Shown: positions 1-10,964, numbered from the stretch's first letter. The stretch: DNA of 20,000 nt from Chiloscyllium plagiosum (GCF_004010195.1 NC_057758.1:3883414-3903413); one strand, 5' to 3'. Made by a program: numbers and translations. Notes: generated from the sequence alone by a model not told the origin.

Positions 1-261
1 CTCTGGAAAAATAAGACCTGTGATACACCTCATTTTTACAATTTGCCGAGTCAAAAAGACCCCTCTGTCCACCGTCGTCACTCACTTTGCACACATTCCA
101 TTTCACATTCCACATTGAATTCGTGAAGAGCACTGTATAATGTGGATAGTGGACGTTCAGAAGCGGACTGTCTACTGGGTATGTTAGCCGCTATATATCT
201 ATTTACTTACCTCCGAATTTCTTGTTTTATCTGATGTATTTCTTCAGGCGCTGCCTTGCAA

Positions 262-375
262 GGAACTGATGGCCTCTTGGTGTTATCACTAAGTATTAAC
301 CTAGACACGTAAGCAAGTTACGTTCGAGTCCTATTGCAACAGAGTGTGCCATTTCAATTCAACAGAAGTCAATAT
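262..375 (+). mobile_element. Highly decayed 5' part of a tRNA-derived SINE (SacSINE1/DeuSINE-like)
   Basis: A-box-like TGGCCTCTTGGT near 270 and B-box GTTCGAGTCC at 322-331, followed by ATTTCAATTCAAC, resembling an old shark SINE head as I recall it. Boundaries approximate. Confidence 0.4.
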
Positions 376-1380
376 TGATGTTCGGGTCAATGCATCTGAT
401 TAACTAATGTTCTTTCGGGCAGGGAGTTTGTCAACTTTACATGTATATGGCGATTCCAGTTTTACCGGAATGTGGTTGACTCTGGGTATTTACAGCATGG
501 ACAATAAATGCTGGACTAGCGAGCACTATCCACATTCTGCAAGTGATCACAGTTTTAAAACCCTCTGTCAAAGCATTTTCTCCTCCTGAGAAAACCCCTG
601 TGCGTCGGCAAAGCGCCATGAGAGGAAGAGCAATAATTTGGTGGATCCTTACTTCGATAATCTGCAGCCTCTGATGCTGTTTACCCTCCTTCAGACATTA
701 ACGTTCGAATATATTCTGTTCTTGCATAAGTTTAAAATGGCAGAAACATTCCTCTTCTTTCTCAGTGTCTCCAGTTAACACTCTCATTAAAAAAAGTGCT
801 TGAATAATATGCTTAAAACTTCCACATTTATATTTATATCAGAAGTATGAAGTAGAATCCACAAAATGTCTTCAGGATATATTCAGTCGACAATACAAAG
901 CAAACACAGGAAGGGATTAGCAGTTCTAGCCGTTATTTTACTTTTAGAACGAAGATGATCTGCTGCAACATGTTTTTTACTTGCTGGCAGTTACCTCTTT
1001 GATTCTGAACAATGTCTGCCCGATGTTCCGCAATGCTGCCCTTGCTCTATTTCTTCACGTTTGAGCCATCCCAGCGTTCCATTTGTCATCTCTTTCCTTA
1101 CCAGCAGGTTCAATTCTCAAAGAATCGCTTCCCGCTAATCTGCTACAAGAAAAAGAAATCCCTTCCCATCAAGAGTCTAAAGGGAAATGTCCCACACAAC
1201 ACCTGATCCATGCCTTTAATATTCCCATATCTCATTTGCATATTTTAAAAATATCAAAATGAATCTCTTCATCAGCTTATTTTATATGTTGTCTTACAAA
1301 ATCTAAACATTTCTTATATTCCTCTTCGTTTTTTCACTGTCCAAGGCTACAAGAAATCTTGGTGTTGTTTTATTTATACC

Positions 1381-1423
1381 TTAGAATAAGCTAATTTACT
1401 TTAGAATAAGCTAATTTACTTTA
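1381..1423. repeat. Exact 20-bp tandem duplication (TTAGAATAAGCTAATTTACT)x2 plus TTA
   Basis: 1381-1400 is identical to 1401-1420. Confidence 0.95.
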
Positions 1424-1610
1424 TTTCATACTCACAATGCAGTATCCACTTCACCGGGGAGACAAGCACAGATTGTGTGACCATTTTGCAGAACACAGCT
1501 ACTTAATCGCACGCAGCAACTGTAGCTTTGTTTTCTCTCCTTCACGTGGCTGAGCATTTCCCAGATTTTTTTAAAATTTCAAATTAACACGTCTTGTAGT
1601 GTTTGTTTGT
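1408..1610 (+). mobile_element. Decayed Penelope-like element remnant: GIY-YIG endonuclease fragment plus 3' terminal-repeat remnant
   Basis: With one frameshift, 1408-1510 reads KLIYFISYSQCSIHFTGET/KHRLCDHFAEH, matching the PLE pattern LxYCIxCxxCxxxYIGETxRxLxxRFxEH. 1525-1605 resembles the PLE ends seen at 4755-4856 and 16655-16750. Confidence 0.7.
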
Positions 1611-1789
1611 TATTCAGTATATGTTACATAGGAAAATGCAGAAAAGAGAATGCCAGATTACCTGTTGTGATTCTGTCAGACACGGTTAAAATATTTGAAA
1701 CCCATCGAACAGAACTAACTTGACTTCGATAAATTAAACAGCGTGAAAACATTGTGCTTAAAACAAGGAAGAGCTGTACTCTGTTAACC

Positions 1790-2005
1790 GGCATCGGTTC
1801 AGCTTAGTTGGTTGGGTTGTTGGTTTACAACGCAGTGTGATACCAACAGCACAGATTCAATTCCCTCCCCAATTTGTGGTTACCATGAAAGTATTTCCTT
1901 CTCGACCTCTTTCCTCAACTGAGGTCTGTTGGCCCTCAGGTTAGATCACCACCAGTGGCTTCACTCGAATGAGGGAGCAGCCCATATGTTTTGGTAAGAC
2001 TGTGT
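1790..2005 (+). mobile_element. Decayed tRNA-derived SINE
   Basis: A-box-like CAGCTTAGTTGG at 1800-1811, B-box-like GATTCAATTCC at 1854-1864 and an internal CTGAGG...CCTCAG stem. Resembles a common short shark SINE. Confidence 0.65.
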
Positions 2006-2623
2006 GGACAAAGCATCAACTCTATCAACGGCAGCAACCTCAACGACCATAATTCAGTTCCAGGTATGTTTAGCAGCAAGTGCTCACACAAATCTTACCC
2101 CATACTAAAAAATACACTATTACTGTTACGGCCTATTTCCTGTTGTTTTCCAAATTCAGTGAGATGTCTTTTCTTTCCCGTCATGAATATTGAAACCAGG
2201 TTCATAGCAGGACAAAGTTCCAAACATTGCATTCAGATTTCAGCTCAAGACATTACGTTCACCGCAGCTGCTGTTTGAATAAATTTATCATCTTACAGCT
2301 CTCTTCACAGTTAAAACTGTTGAAATATTACCTATTTCAAAGATGGTTCAAGCTTGGAGAGAGTGAAAAGACATGATGGGCACTGAGCATAATTGTGGAA
2401 TTAATGTATAGGAGAATCAGGAGGATCAGCACCATCTACCATTTACAATGCCATGTATAAGCTGATCACTTTCTGTTTTACATTCCCACTCCTCGCTTTC
2501 CAATACAGCTTGAATGCATCAGTCTGCATTTACAGCAAGCAGTTAATTGATCCGATGACTGGATATGGAAAGGGATCTCAAGTTAAGTACAGAAGACGAA
2601 ATAGAATCAGAGAGTGGTTAAAA

Positions 2624-4417
2624 TACCATAGAACATGGAATGTTACAACGCAATACAGGCTACTTGGCACTCGATGTTGCGCAGATCTGTGAATCCAATG
2701 TAAAGCCCGTCTAGCAAACATTATTCAATTTTCATGCATATGTTTGTCCAATAACCATGTATGTGTCCTTAAAGTTGGCAAGTGTATTACTGTTGCAGGC
2801 AGGGCATTACACGACCCTACTACTACCTGAGTAAACAACCATGTCTGACACATATCAAACACTCCTAAATTTAAAGCTATGCCCCGTCGTGGTAGGCATC
2901 AATATCCGAGGAAAAAGACTCTCACTGACCAACCGATCAGTAACTCTCTGATTATCATATGTATTTTAATTAAGTCATCTCAAAAACCTCTTCTTTCTTA
3001 ACAAAAACAGCCTTAAGTCCCTCAACGTTTCCTCATAAGTCCTTCTCTGCATACCAGGCAGTATCTGAGTAAATCTCCTCTAGCTCTCAAACGCTTGCAC
3101 ATCGTTTCCTTCAATGTGGTGACCAGACCTGAGGACGCAATCCACAATATTCCAATTGCAGCAGCATCAGAGATTTGAACAGTTGCATCATGAACTCATG
3201 GTTCCGAAGCTCAATTCATCTTTCAATAAAAATTAAAACACCATATGCCATCTTAACAACCCTATCAACCTGGGTGTCAACTTTCAGGGACATAGCACAT
3301 GAGCAGCGAGATCTCTCTGCTAATCCACGCTACCAATAAATATGCCATTAGTTCAGTACTCTGTATTCCTCTTTTTCCTTTGAAAGCGAACCACTTCACA
3401 TGTTTCCGCATTGAACTGCATTTGCTATCTCACAACCCAGCTCTTCAGCTTATCTATGTCCCTCTGTAACCTATAACATCCTTCAGCACGATCCACAATT
3501 CTACCAACCTTCCTATCTTCCGCAAATTTACTAACTCATTCTTCTCCGCCCTCATCCAGCTAATTTCAAAAAATCACAAACAGCAGTGAGCCCAAAACTG
3601 ATCATTGAGATGCACCATTAGTACATGAACTCCAGGTTGAGCATTTCCGATTAACCAACACTATCTTCTTTCTTTTTGCTAGCCAATTTATGATCTCGCC
3701 GCTAAATCACCCTCAATGCCATGCCTCCGTATTTTCTGCAATAGCCGAGCGTGGGGCACCTTATCAAACGCCTTCCTGAAATTCAGATGCACCACCACAA
3801 CCGCTTTGACCTCATCCACCTGTTTGGTCACATTCTCAAATAGCTCAATCATTTTGGTGAGGCATGAGCTAACCTTCACAAAATCGTCTTTCTAGATTAC
3901 TACAAATACCATCTCTTACAACCTTTTCTAACACTATACCAAAACTGAATTAAGGCTCAATGGTCTTTAATAACTAGAATTGAATCTACTCCAGTTCTTG
4001 TGATCGGGGACAACATTTGTTATCCTCCAGGCTCCCGGCATTATTCCTGCAGACATTGACGACATAAAGATCAAAGGCTCTGCAATCTCCTCCCGGGCAA
4101 GCCAGAAAGACGTCCAGGGTAAATCCCATCCAGCACAGGGGACTTACCTATTTTCACACTTTCCAGAAATGCTATCTCCACGTTTTTATGAATCAAAATC
4201 CGATATAGTCTTGTAGCCCTTATTTGAGTATGCACCTCGACAACATTGTGTTTTTCCAATTTGAATACTTAGGAAAACTACTCATTTAATGCTTCCTCTG
4301 TCTGTTCATACTCCATGCATAACTTCACACAACACTTCTTGATTGGACCCATTCATTCTCTACTTATTCATTTGTTCCTGATAGAATCTAACATAAGCCT
4401 TCTTCTTCCTCTGCAAG
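2624..4417 (-). mobile_element. 5'-truncated, decayed CR1-clade LINE (ORF2 RT region to 3' tail)
   Basis: Minus-strand peptides SCLTKMIELFENVTKQVDEVKAVVVVHLNFRKAFDKVPHARLLQKIRRHGI (3688-3879) and KSPVLDGIYP (4071-4259). The 3' end at ~2624-2680 is the reverse complement of the terminus seen at 7300-7358. Confidence 0.93.
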
Positions 4418-4653
4418 AAAACTAAAAGTTACCATCACTGTTAATGAAATAAGAGTGCTGTTCATGTCAAAATATTTTTTTCCATGAACACGATTATGAC
4501 CCTCGTGGCGGCCTGGTATTACTTTATAAATTTCTTGGGAAAATTTTTAATTGTCGGCTCCCTGCAACAATATATAAGTCAGGAGAACCTGAATTGGTTT
4601 TTTGTCTCGCTGTATTGTTGTTCCAAGCAATGAAAGCAGTATTATAGCGGCAG

Positions 4654-4856
4654 CAACAGAGGCAGAAATTGTTGGAAAAACTCATCAACTTCGGCAACAT
4701 TGTGGAGAGAATTCAGACTTAATATTTCGGAAACGAATGAAATTTCCTCAGACTGTTAACTCTGTTATCTCTCCACAGGTGGTCCCAGACCTGCTCAGCT
4801 TTTCCACCATTTTCTATTTTTGTGTCTGATTTTCAGAATCTGCAGTTCTTTCAGTT
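4654..4856. mobile_element. Short palindromic Penelope-derived element (inverted terminal-repeat arms plus 3' tail)
   Basis: 4662-4724 is an imperfect reverse complement of 4755-4816. The tail CTGATTTTCAGAATCTGCAG resembles CTGATCTCCAGCATCTGCAG at 16717-16736. Confidence 0.75.
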
Positions 4857-5104
4857 TAATTTCTCATGTAACTGTCGTGGCAGCAATGTTCTCAATGTTA
4901 TCATTGGGTCAGAGTGAGAGCAGCAAACGGGATCTGTGACAGGAAGTACTGGAGACACAAAGCGCAATGAATTCCATGCTGGTTCTGAGCTCTGCTTACT
5001 GCTCAAGGAGCTGAAAGAAGATGGTTGCACCTTGAGGCCTGTGACTACTTGGAATCAGCTCACTGTTGTTGATTGTTTATGACTTGATTTATTGTGGTAA
5101 ACCA

Positions 5105-7358
5105 TGGTTCTGGGTAACGAACCAGGCCAGGTGTTAGAATTAGAGGTAGGTGAGCACTTTGGGGACAGTGACCACAATTCGGTGACTTTTACTCTCGTGA
5201 TGGAGAGGGATAGGTGTGCACTGCAGGGCAAGAATTATAGCTGGGGGCAGGGAAATTATGATGCGGTGAGGCATGACTTAGGATGTGTGGCTTGGAAAAG
5301 TAAGCTTCAAGGCAAGGGCGTAATTGATATGTGGAGCTTGTACAAGGAGCAATTATTGAGTGTCCTTGATAAGTATGTACCTGTCAGGCAGGGAGGAAAG
5401 GGTCGTGTGAGGGAGCCGTGGTTTAATAAGGAATTGGAATCCCTTCTTAAATGGAAGAGGGCGGCCTATGTAAAGATAAGGCGTGAAGGTTCAATTGGGG
5501 CGATTGAGAGTTATAAGGTAGCCTGGAAGGATCTGAAGAGAGAGCTAAGAGCAGCAAGGAGGGGACATGAAAGATCCTTAGTTGGTAGGATTAGGGAAAA
5601 CCCGAAGGCTTTCGATAGGTATGTCAGTAATAAAAGAATGACGAGGGTAGGAATCGGTCCAGTCAAGGATCGTAGTAGGAAGTTGCGTGTGGAGGCTGAA
5701 GAGATTGGGGAGACACTGAATGAATACTTTTCGTCAGTATTCAATCAGGAACAGGACATTGTTGTCACTGTGAGTACTGAGTTACAATTAAGTAGAATGA
5801 ATGGCTTTGAGGTATGCAGGGAAGAGGTGTTGGAAATTCTGGAAAGGGTGAAAATAGATCAGTCCCCTGGGCCTGATGGCATTTATCCTAGCATTCTCTG
5901 GGAAGCAAGGGAGGAGATTGCAGAGCCATTGGACTTGATTTTTACGTCCTCGTTGTCTACAGTAGTGCCAGAAGACTGGAGGCTAGCAAATGTGGTTCCC
6001 TTGTTCAAGAAGGGGAGTAGGGAGTAACTATAGGCTGGTGAGTCTCACTTCTGTTGTGGGCAAAGTTTTAGAGAGAATTGTAAGGGATAGGATTTATGCA
6101 CATCTGGATAGGATAGTCAGCTGATTTTGTGAAGGGCAGGTCGTGCCTCACAAACCTTATTGAATTCTTTGAGAAGGTGACTAAGGAGGTGAAAGAGGGG
6201 AAAGCGGTAGATGTGGTGTATATGGATTTTAGTAAGGCGGTTGATAAGGTTCCCCAAGGTAGGCTACTTCAAAAAATACGGATGTATGGCATTGAGTTGG
6301 AGGTTTGATTTAGGAATTGGCTGGCTGGAAGAAGACAGAGGGTAGTAGTTGATGGTAAAGGTTCATCTTGGAGTGCCGTTACTAGCAGTGTTCCGCAAGG
6401 ATCTGTTTTGGGACTATTGCTGTTTGTAATTTTTATAAATGACCTGGAGGAGGGGTTGGTAGGTTGGGTGAGCAAGTTTGCGGATGATACGAAAGTCGGT
6501 GGAGTTGTTGACAGTGAGGAAGGATGTGTCAGGTTACAGCGGGATATAGATAAGCTGCAGAACGAGGCAGAAAGGTGGCAAACGGAGTTCGATGTAGCTA
6601 AGTGTGAGGTGTTTCACTTTGGTAAGAGTAACAAAAAGATGGGGTACTGGGCTAATGGTCGGATACTTGGTAGTGTTGATGAGCAGAGGGATCTTGGTGT
6701 CCATGTACACAGATCTTTGAAAGTTGCCACCAGGTAAATAGAGCGGTGAAGAAGGCATATGGTGTACTGGCTTTTATTGGTAGAGGAATTGAGTTCCGGA
6801 GTCCTGCGAACATGTTGCAGTTGTATAAGACTCTGGTGCGGCCGCACCTGGAGTATTGTGTGCATTTTTTGTCGCCATACTATAGGAAGGATGTGGAGGC
6901 ACTGGAACGGGTGCAGAGGAAGTTTACCAGGATGTTTCCTGGTATGGTAGGAAGATCGTATGATGAAAGGCTGAGGCACTTGGGGTTGTTTTCATTGGAG
7001 AAAAGAAGGTCTGGGGTGACTTGATAGAGGTGTACAAGGTGATTAGGGGTTTAGATAGAGTTGACCGTGAGAACCTTTTTCCACGTATTGGAGTCAGCTA
7101 TTACGAGGGGGCATAGCTTTAAATTAAGGAGTGGTCGGTATAGGACAGATGTTAGGGGTAGGTTCTATACTCAGCGAGTCGTGAGTTCATGGAATGCACT
7201 GCCAGTAGCAGTGGTAGACTCTCCCTCTTTATGGGCATTTAAGCGGGAATTGGAGAGGCATATGGAGGATAGTGGGCTAGTGTAGGTTAGGTGGGCTTGG
7301 ATCGGCGCAACATCGAGGGCCAAAGGGCCTGTACTGCGCTGTATTCTTCTATGTTCTA
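5105..7358 (+). mobile_element. 5'-truncated CR1-clade (HER1-like) LINE; frameshifted ORF2 running from the end of the APE endonuclease through RT and the C-terminus to the 3' UTR
   Basis: Endonuclease motif GDSDH at 5161-5175, SPGPDGI, GRSCLTNL, VPQGSVLG, catalytic FADD at 6477-6488, LVRPHLEY and WNALP. Split over ORFs 5104-6027, 6408-6737, 6746-7024 and 7061-7285. Ends in a TTCTATGTTCTA tail. Confidence 0.97.
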
Positions 7359-7681
7359 TAAAGACTAATAGATTGGAGGTGGCTGGAATTAATAGAATAA
7401 TCAAATCTACAAGCAAGGAATGAGGCTTTCCACGTTTTCTGTATGAATATCTTTGGAAGTGTTGGCCAATTATTACTTCACCATCTGCAATCTCGGACCG
7501 AGTCAATACACTGTCAATAGTAACCCGATGTTTCTGATAATACTGCGGGCTGTTTTGGAAAGCACATGCTGGAATATATTTATTCATATTGAAACATCAA
7601 GGATGAGAAGAAGAATATTGCAATCTTTTTAATTGGACTTGATGGAGTTAGCCATAAGACAAAATTTCATTAAAACAGTTG

Positions 7682-8181
7682 NNNNNNNNNNNNNNNNNNN
7701 NNNNNNNNNNNNNNNNNNNNNNNNNNNNNNNNNNNNNNNNNNNNNNNNNNNNNNNNNNNNNNNNNNNNNNNNNNNNNNNNNNNNNNNNNNNNNNNNNNNN
7801 NNNNNNNNNNNNNNNNNNNNNNNNNNNNNNNNNNNNNNNNNNNNNNNNNNNNNNNNNNNNNNNNNNNNNNNNNNNNNNNNNNNNNNNNNNNNNNNNNNNN
7901 NNNNNNNNNNNNNNNNNNNNNNNNNNNNNNNNNNNNNNNNNNNNNNNNNNNNNNNNNNNNNNNNNNNNNNNNNNNNNNNNNNNNNNNNNNNNNNNNNNNN
8001 NNNNNNNNNNNNNNNNNNNNNNNNNNNNNNNNNNNNNNNNNNNNNNNNNNNNNNNNNNNNNNNNNNNNNNNNNNNNNNNNNNNNNNNNNNNNNNNNNNNN
8101 NNNNNNNNNNNNNNNNNNNNNNNNNNNNNNNNNNNNNNNNNNNNNNNNNNNNNNNNNNNNNNNNNNNNNNNNNNNNNNNNN
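7682..8181. other. Assembly gap (500 N)
   Basis: Run of N. The round length suggests a placeholder size. Confidence 0.99.
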
Positions 8182-8325
8182 TCAATCTCCTTTTGAACCT
8201 GTTCCAACTTAAGAGACTTGTGCCTCGGAGAATGTTATTTAACGGAACAGCATCTCCCATATTTACATCGTGCATAATTAATTTAACACTTCTCAGCTTT
8301 CTCCACAAGTCTCCCTCGTTGATAA
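8182..8325 (-). mobile_element. Ty3/Gypsy pol fragment: start of the RT domain, inverted relative to the rest of the element
   Basis: With one frameshift the minus strand reads KLRSVKLIMHDVNMGDAVP/K*HSPRHKSLKLEQVQKEI, matching the Gypsy pre-RT pattern HDxDxGDAxPIKQHPYRxxPxKxxxxxKEI. Confidence 0.75.
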
Positions 8326-8329
8326 TAAT

Positions 8330-8510
8330 GCCACATATATCTGAGGGAATCATGAACACTGACCATTGCACATTATCGGTTGCGGAGAATTTTAAGGGCA
8401 AAAATGCCAAACTGTTTAAATGGAGATTTTACTTACAGTCATTCAGTTTTAAAATTGTGCACGAGTCAGACCTAGATAACATGATTGACAACGCATGGCC
8501 GAGGCTTGAA
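8330..8510 (+). mobile_element. Ty3/Gypsy pol fragment: RNase H C-terminus (Gmr1-like)
   Basis: TDHCTLSVAENFKGKNAKLFKWRFYLQSFSFKIVHESDLDNMIDNAWPRL matches the Gypsy RNase H pattern TDHxPL...KNxRLxRWxLxLQxxxxxIxHxxGxxNxxADALSR. No integrase follows it. Confidence 0.85.
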
Positions 8511-8678
8511 TGGGAAACCGAGGTGTTCAGTGGCAGGAATAAAATAGTTTGAATCAAAATGTAGTAGCGCATGTTGGCATGTTTATTGTCAATGTAATGG
8601 ATATGTATGATATAGAGTACAGACAGATTAAGATTGCGGGGATTTGAAGTGAATCCACCTTTGGATATTGATGGTTCA

Positions 8679-8698
8679 TTTTTTTTAAAGTGGGAAGG
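8679..8698 (+). promoter_or_regulatory. U-tract plus polypurine tract of the LTR retrotransposon
   Basis: TTTTTTTTAAAGTGGGAAGG lies ~180 bp after the RNase H end and directly before the putative LTR start. Confidence 0.65.
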
Positions 8699-9291
8699 TA
8701 TGACGATGTGCTCTCTTAACAAGATTATGTTGTCCTTTGTTGCTTTTTTTTTGGAGAGGTCGTAAAAGCCGAGAAGTGTGAATTGAAGGATTTTATGGCC
8801 AATTTGATTATAGCTAACACATGCTGACTCAGTAAAAAGGCATTTGATATAAAAAAAAAACACTTATATAATTGAAGGGCTGTTGCCAGTTATCCCAGCT
8901 GTGCTTTTCTCAGGTTTGATTTGGTTTAATAGTCTGAATATTGACTTAAAGCAGTCAGCCAGTTGCAAAACATGCCTGACTCCAGGTAGTAGGTCCTCGC
9001 TGATCCTTCTCTCTCTCTCTCTGACTTCTCTCCTGTAAGACGTTAAATTTGATTATACCTTATGTGCCAAAGGATATTTATGGGAATTGTTGCAAATATT
9101 TGCAAGAGTGTCGTTAAGGATCTGTTGTATTTTCAGATAGGATTCTGTTGTCTTTTGTTTGTGTTTCGTTCAGTAATCTTGTAAATAAATTATGGATTGT
9201 TGAACACAACGTGGTTTGACCAACTGCTTCACTCCTTGAATATCCGCGTTTTACCTGCTTAGAACAACGAATAAATTTGAGGGCTGAGCTA
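8699..9291 (+). mobile_element. 3' LTR of the Gypsy element, left part
   Basis: Begins TATGACGA (a decayed TGTGA start) right after the PPT, contains a (CT)n tract at ~9008-9022, and is cut at 9291 by a CR1 tail. Confidence 0.6.
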
Positions 9292-10918
9292 AGAGAACAT
9301 ATAGCATAAAACATAGAACATTAAAGCGCAATAGACGCTCTTCGGCCCTTGATGTTCACCACCCTTTGAAATCAAGCTGAAGCCCAGCTCACTTCCACTA
9401 TTCCATTCTCGACCAGGTACGAACTACCCTTAAAAAAACGGGTTGACTATCCCAAATCAACCTATTCGTGAGGAGACGGTTATAAATCCTCTCCGTGATA
9501 ACCTTTAAGAATACTTCACCCATAACCAAATAAAGGCTCAATGTACGATAATTACCAGGGTTGTCTTTACTGTCCATCTTTGACAGTTTCTGGTACAATG
9601 TCTGTAGGCAATGATGATATGAAGATCAAAGTCAAAGGCTCAGTAATCTCCTCCTTCGTTTCCCAGAGAGTCCCGGATAAACACCATTCAAACCAGTACA
9701 TTTGTTATTTTCACACTTGCCAGAATTTTTAACATATTCTCCTTGTGAACCTCAATCTCATTTCGTCCAGTGGCCTGTTTCCCAGTATCATTCGCGACAA
9801 AATTATCTTTTTCATATGTGAATACTGACGAAAAATATTCATTGACTGCTTCCCCACCTCTTCTGACTGCACGCATAACTTTCCACTACTGTCCTTAATT
9901 GGCCCGAATCTTGGTCTAGTGGTTTTTCCCCCTTATGTACCGACAGAAAGCTCGTCATTACTCTCTATTTCAGTTCTTCTGGGCTACATTATAATTGTCA
10001 ATCGCCCTAACTGAGCCTTCACATATCATCCTAACATAAGGCTTCTTCTTCCTATTGACAAGTGATTTAACTCGCTTCATAAACCATGGCTCCTGCGCTC
10101 GACAAACTCCTCCCTATCTTTCAGGTACATAGTTTCCAAGGACACAAAATTGCTGTTCCTTTAATAAGCTCCACATTGCTATTGCGTACACCCCTTGTTG
10201 TTTCATTGTCCATCATATGCATCCTAAATCTTGCCGAATCGCATCGTAATTACCTTTCCCCCAGCTCTGGCTCTTGCTATCCAGCGTAAACATATCCTTT
10301 TTCCACCGCTCAAGTAAACATATGTGTAATGTGGTCACTACCACTAAAGTACTCAACTAACTCCAAATCTAACACCTAGCCGGGTTCATTACACAGTACC
10401 AAATGTAATGTGGCGTCGCCTCTTGTTGGCCGGTCTTCGTACAGTGTCAGAAAACCCTCTTGCAAACAATGGACAAAAGCTGACCTGTCAGAAGTACTTG
10501 TACTGTCGTACTCGCAGTCAATATTTTGGAAGTTGAAGCCCCCCATAGTAACTAGCCTTTCATTCTCGCTCCTATTGGGAATAATCTTTGCTATGTTTTC
10601 AGGAAATCTATTCGGAGGCCTACAGAAAACTCCCTTTCGTGTTGCAAATCTCAGCCCTTACTACATCAATTGACGAGGACACAAACATCCTTTCTGAAGC
10701 CGGAATGCGGTCCTTAACTAACAATTCGACACCGCCACCTCTTCTACCATCTTCGCTGTCCTTCTTGAAACATCTGAACCCCAGAACCTGCAACAACCAT
10801 TCATGTCGCTCCTCTACCTATCTATGTGAAATGGCCACAACTTAGAAATCTCAAGTACCATCCCATGCTGCAATTGCACCCCTCTATTGCACATGCTCCA
10901 GGCGTTGAAATAGGTTCA
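9292..10918 (-). mobile_element. Decayed CR1-clade LINE: ORF2 endonuclease start to 3' tail, with most of RT deleted
   Basis: YFNAWS (equivalent to YFNARS) near 10900, NEYFSSVFT (9688-9876) and KDNPGNYRTLSL...WDSQ (9398-9598). It then jumps to the 3' UTR and a degenerate (CATAGAA)n tail at 9292-9320. Confidence 0.92.
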
Positions 10919-10964
10919 CTACTTTTTTGAAATGTTTTGAGGGGGTCTGATCTGGTCCACAACA
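10919..10964 (+). mobile_element. 3' LTR of the Gypsy element, right terminus
   Basis: A 46-bp non-CR1 segment between two CR1 copies, ending in ...TCCACAACA (LTR-type CA end). CTA is present at both edges of the intervening CR1 (9289-9291 and 10919-10921). Confidence 0.6.

Noticed and set aside
4460..4490. Small hairpin TGTTCATG...CATGAACA
   Set aside because: An 8-bp stem in AT-rich DNA is expected by chance.
5511..6979. Minus-strand ORFs overlapping the plus-strand CR1
   Set aside because: Antisense shadows of CR1 ORF2.
7171..7587. 138-aa minus-strand ORF
   Set aside because: Nearly half is the antisense of the CR1 3' end, and the remainder has no recognisable motif.
7629..8410. Long ORFs spanning the first gap
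   Set aside because: Their length comes from translating N as X.
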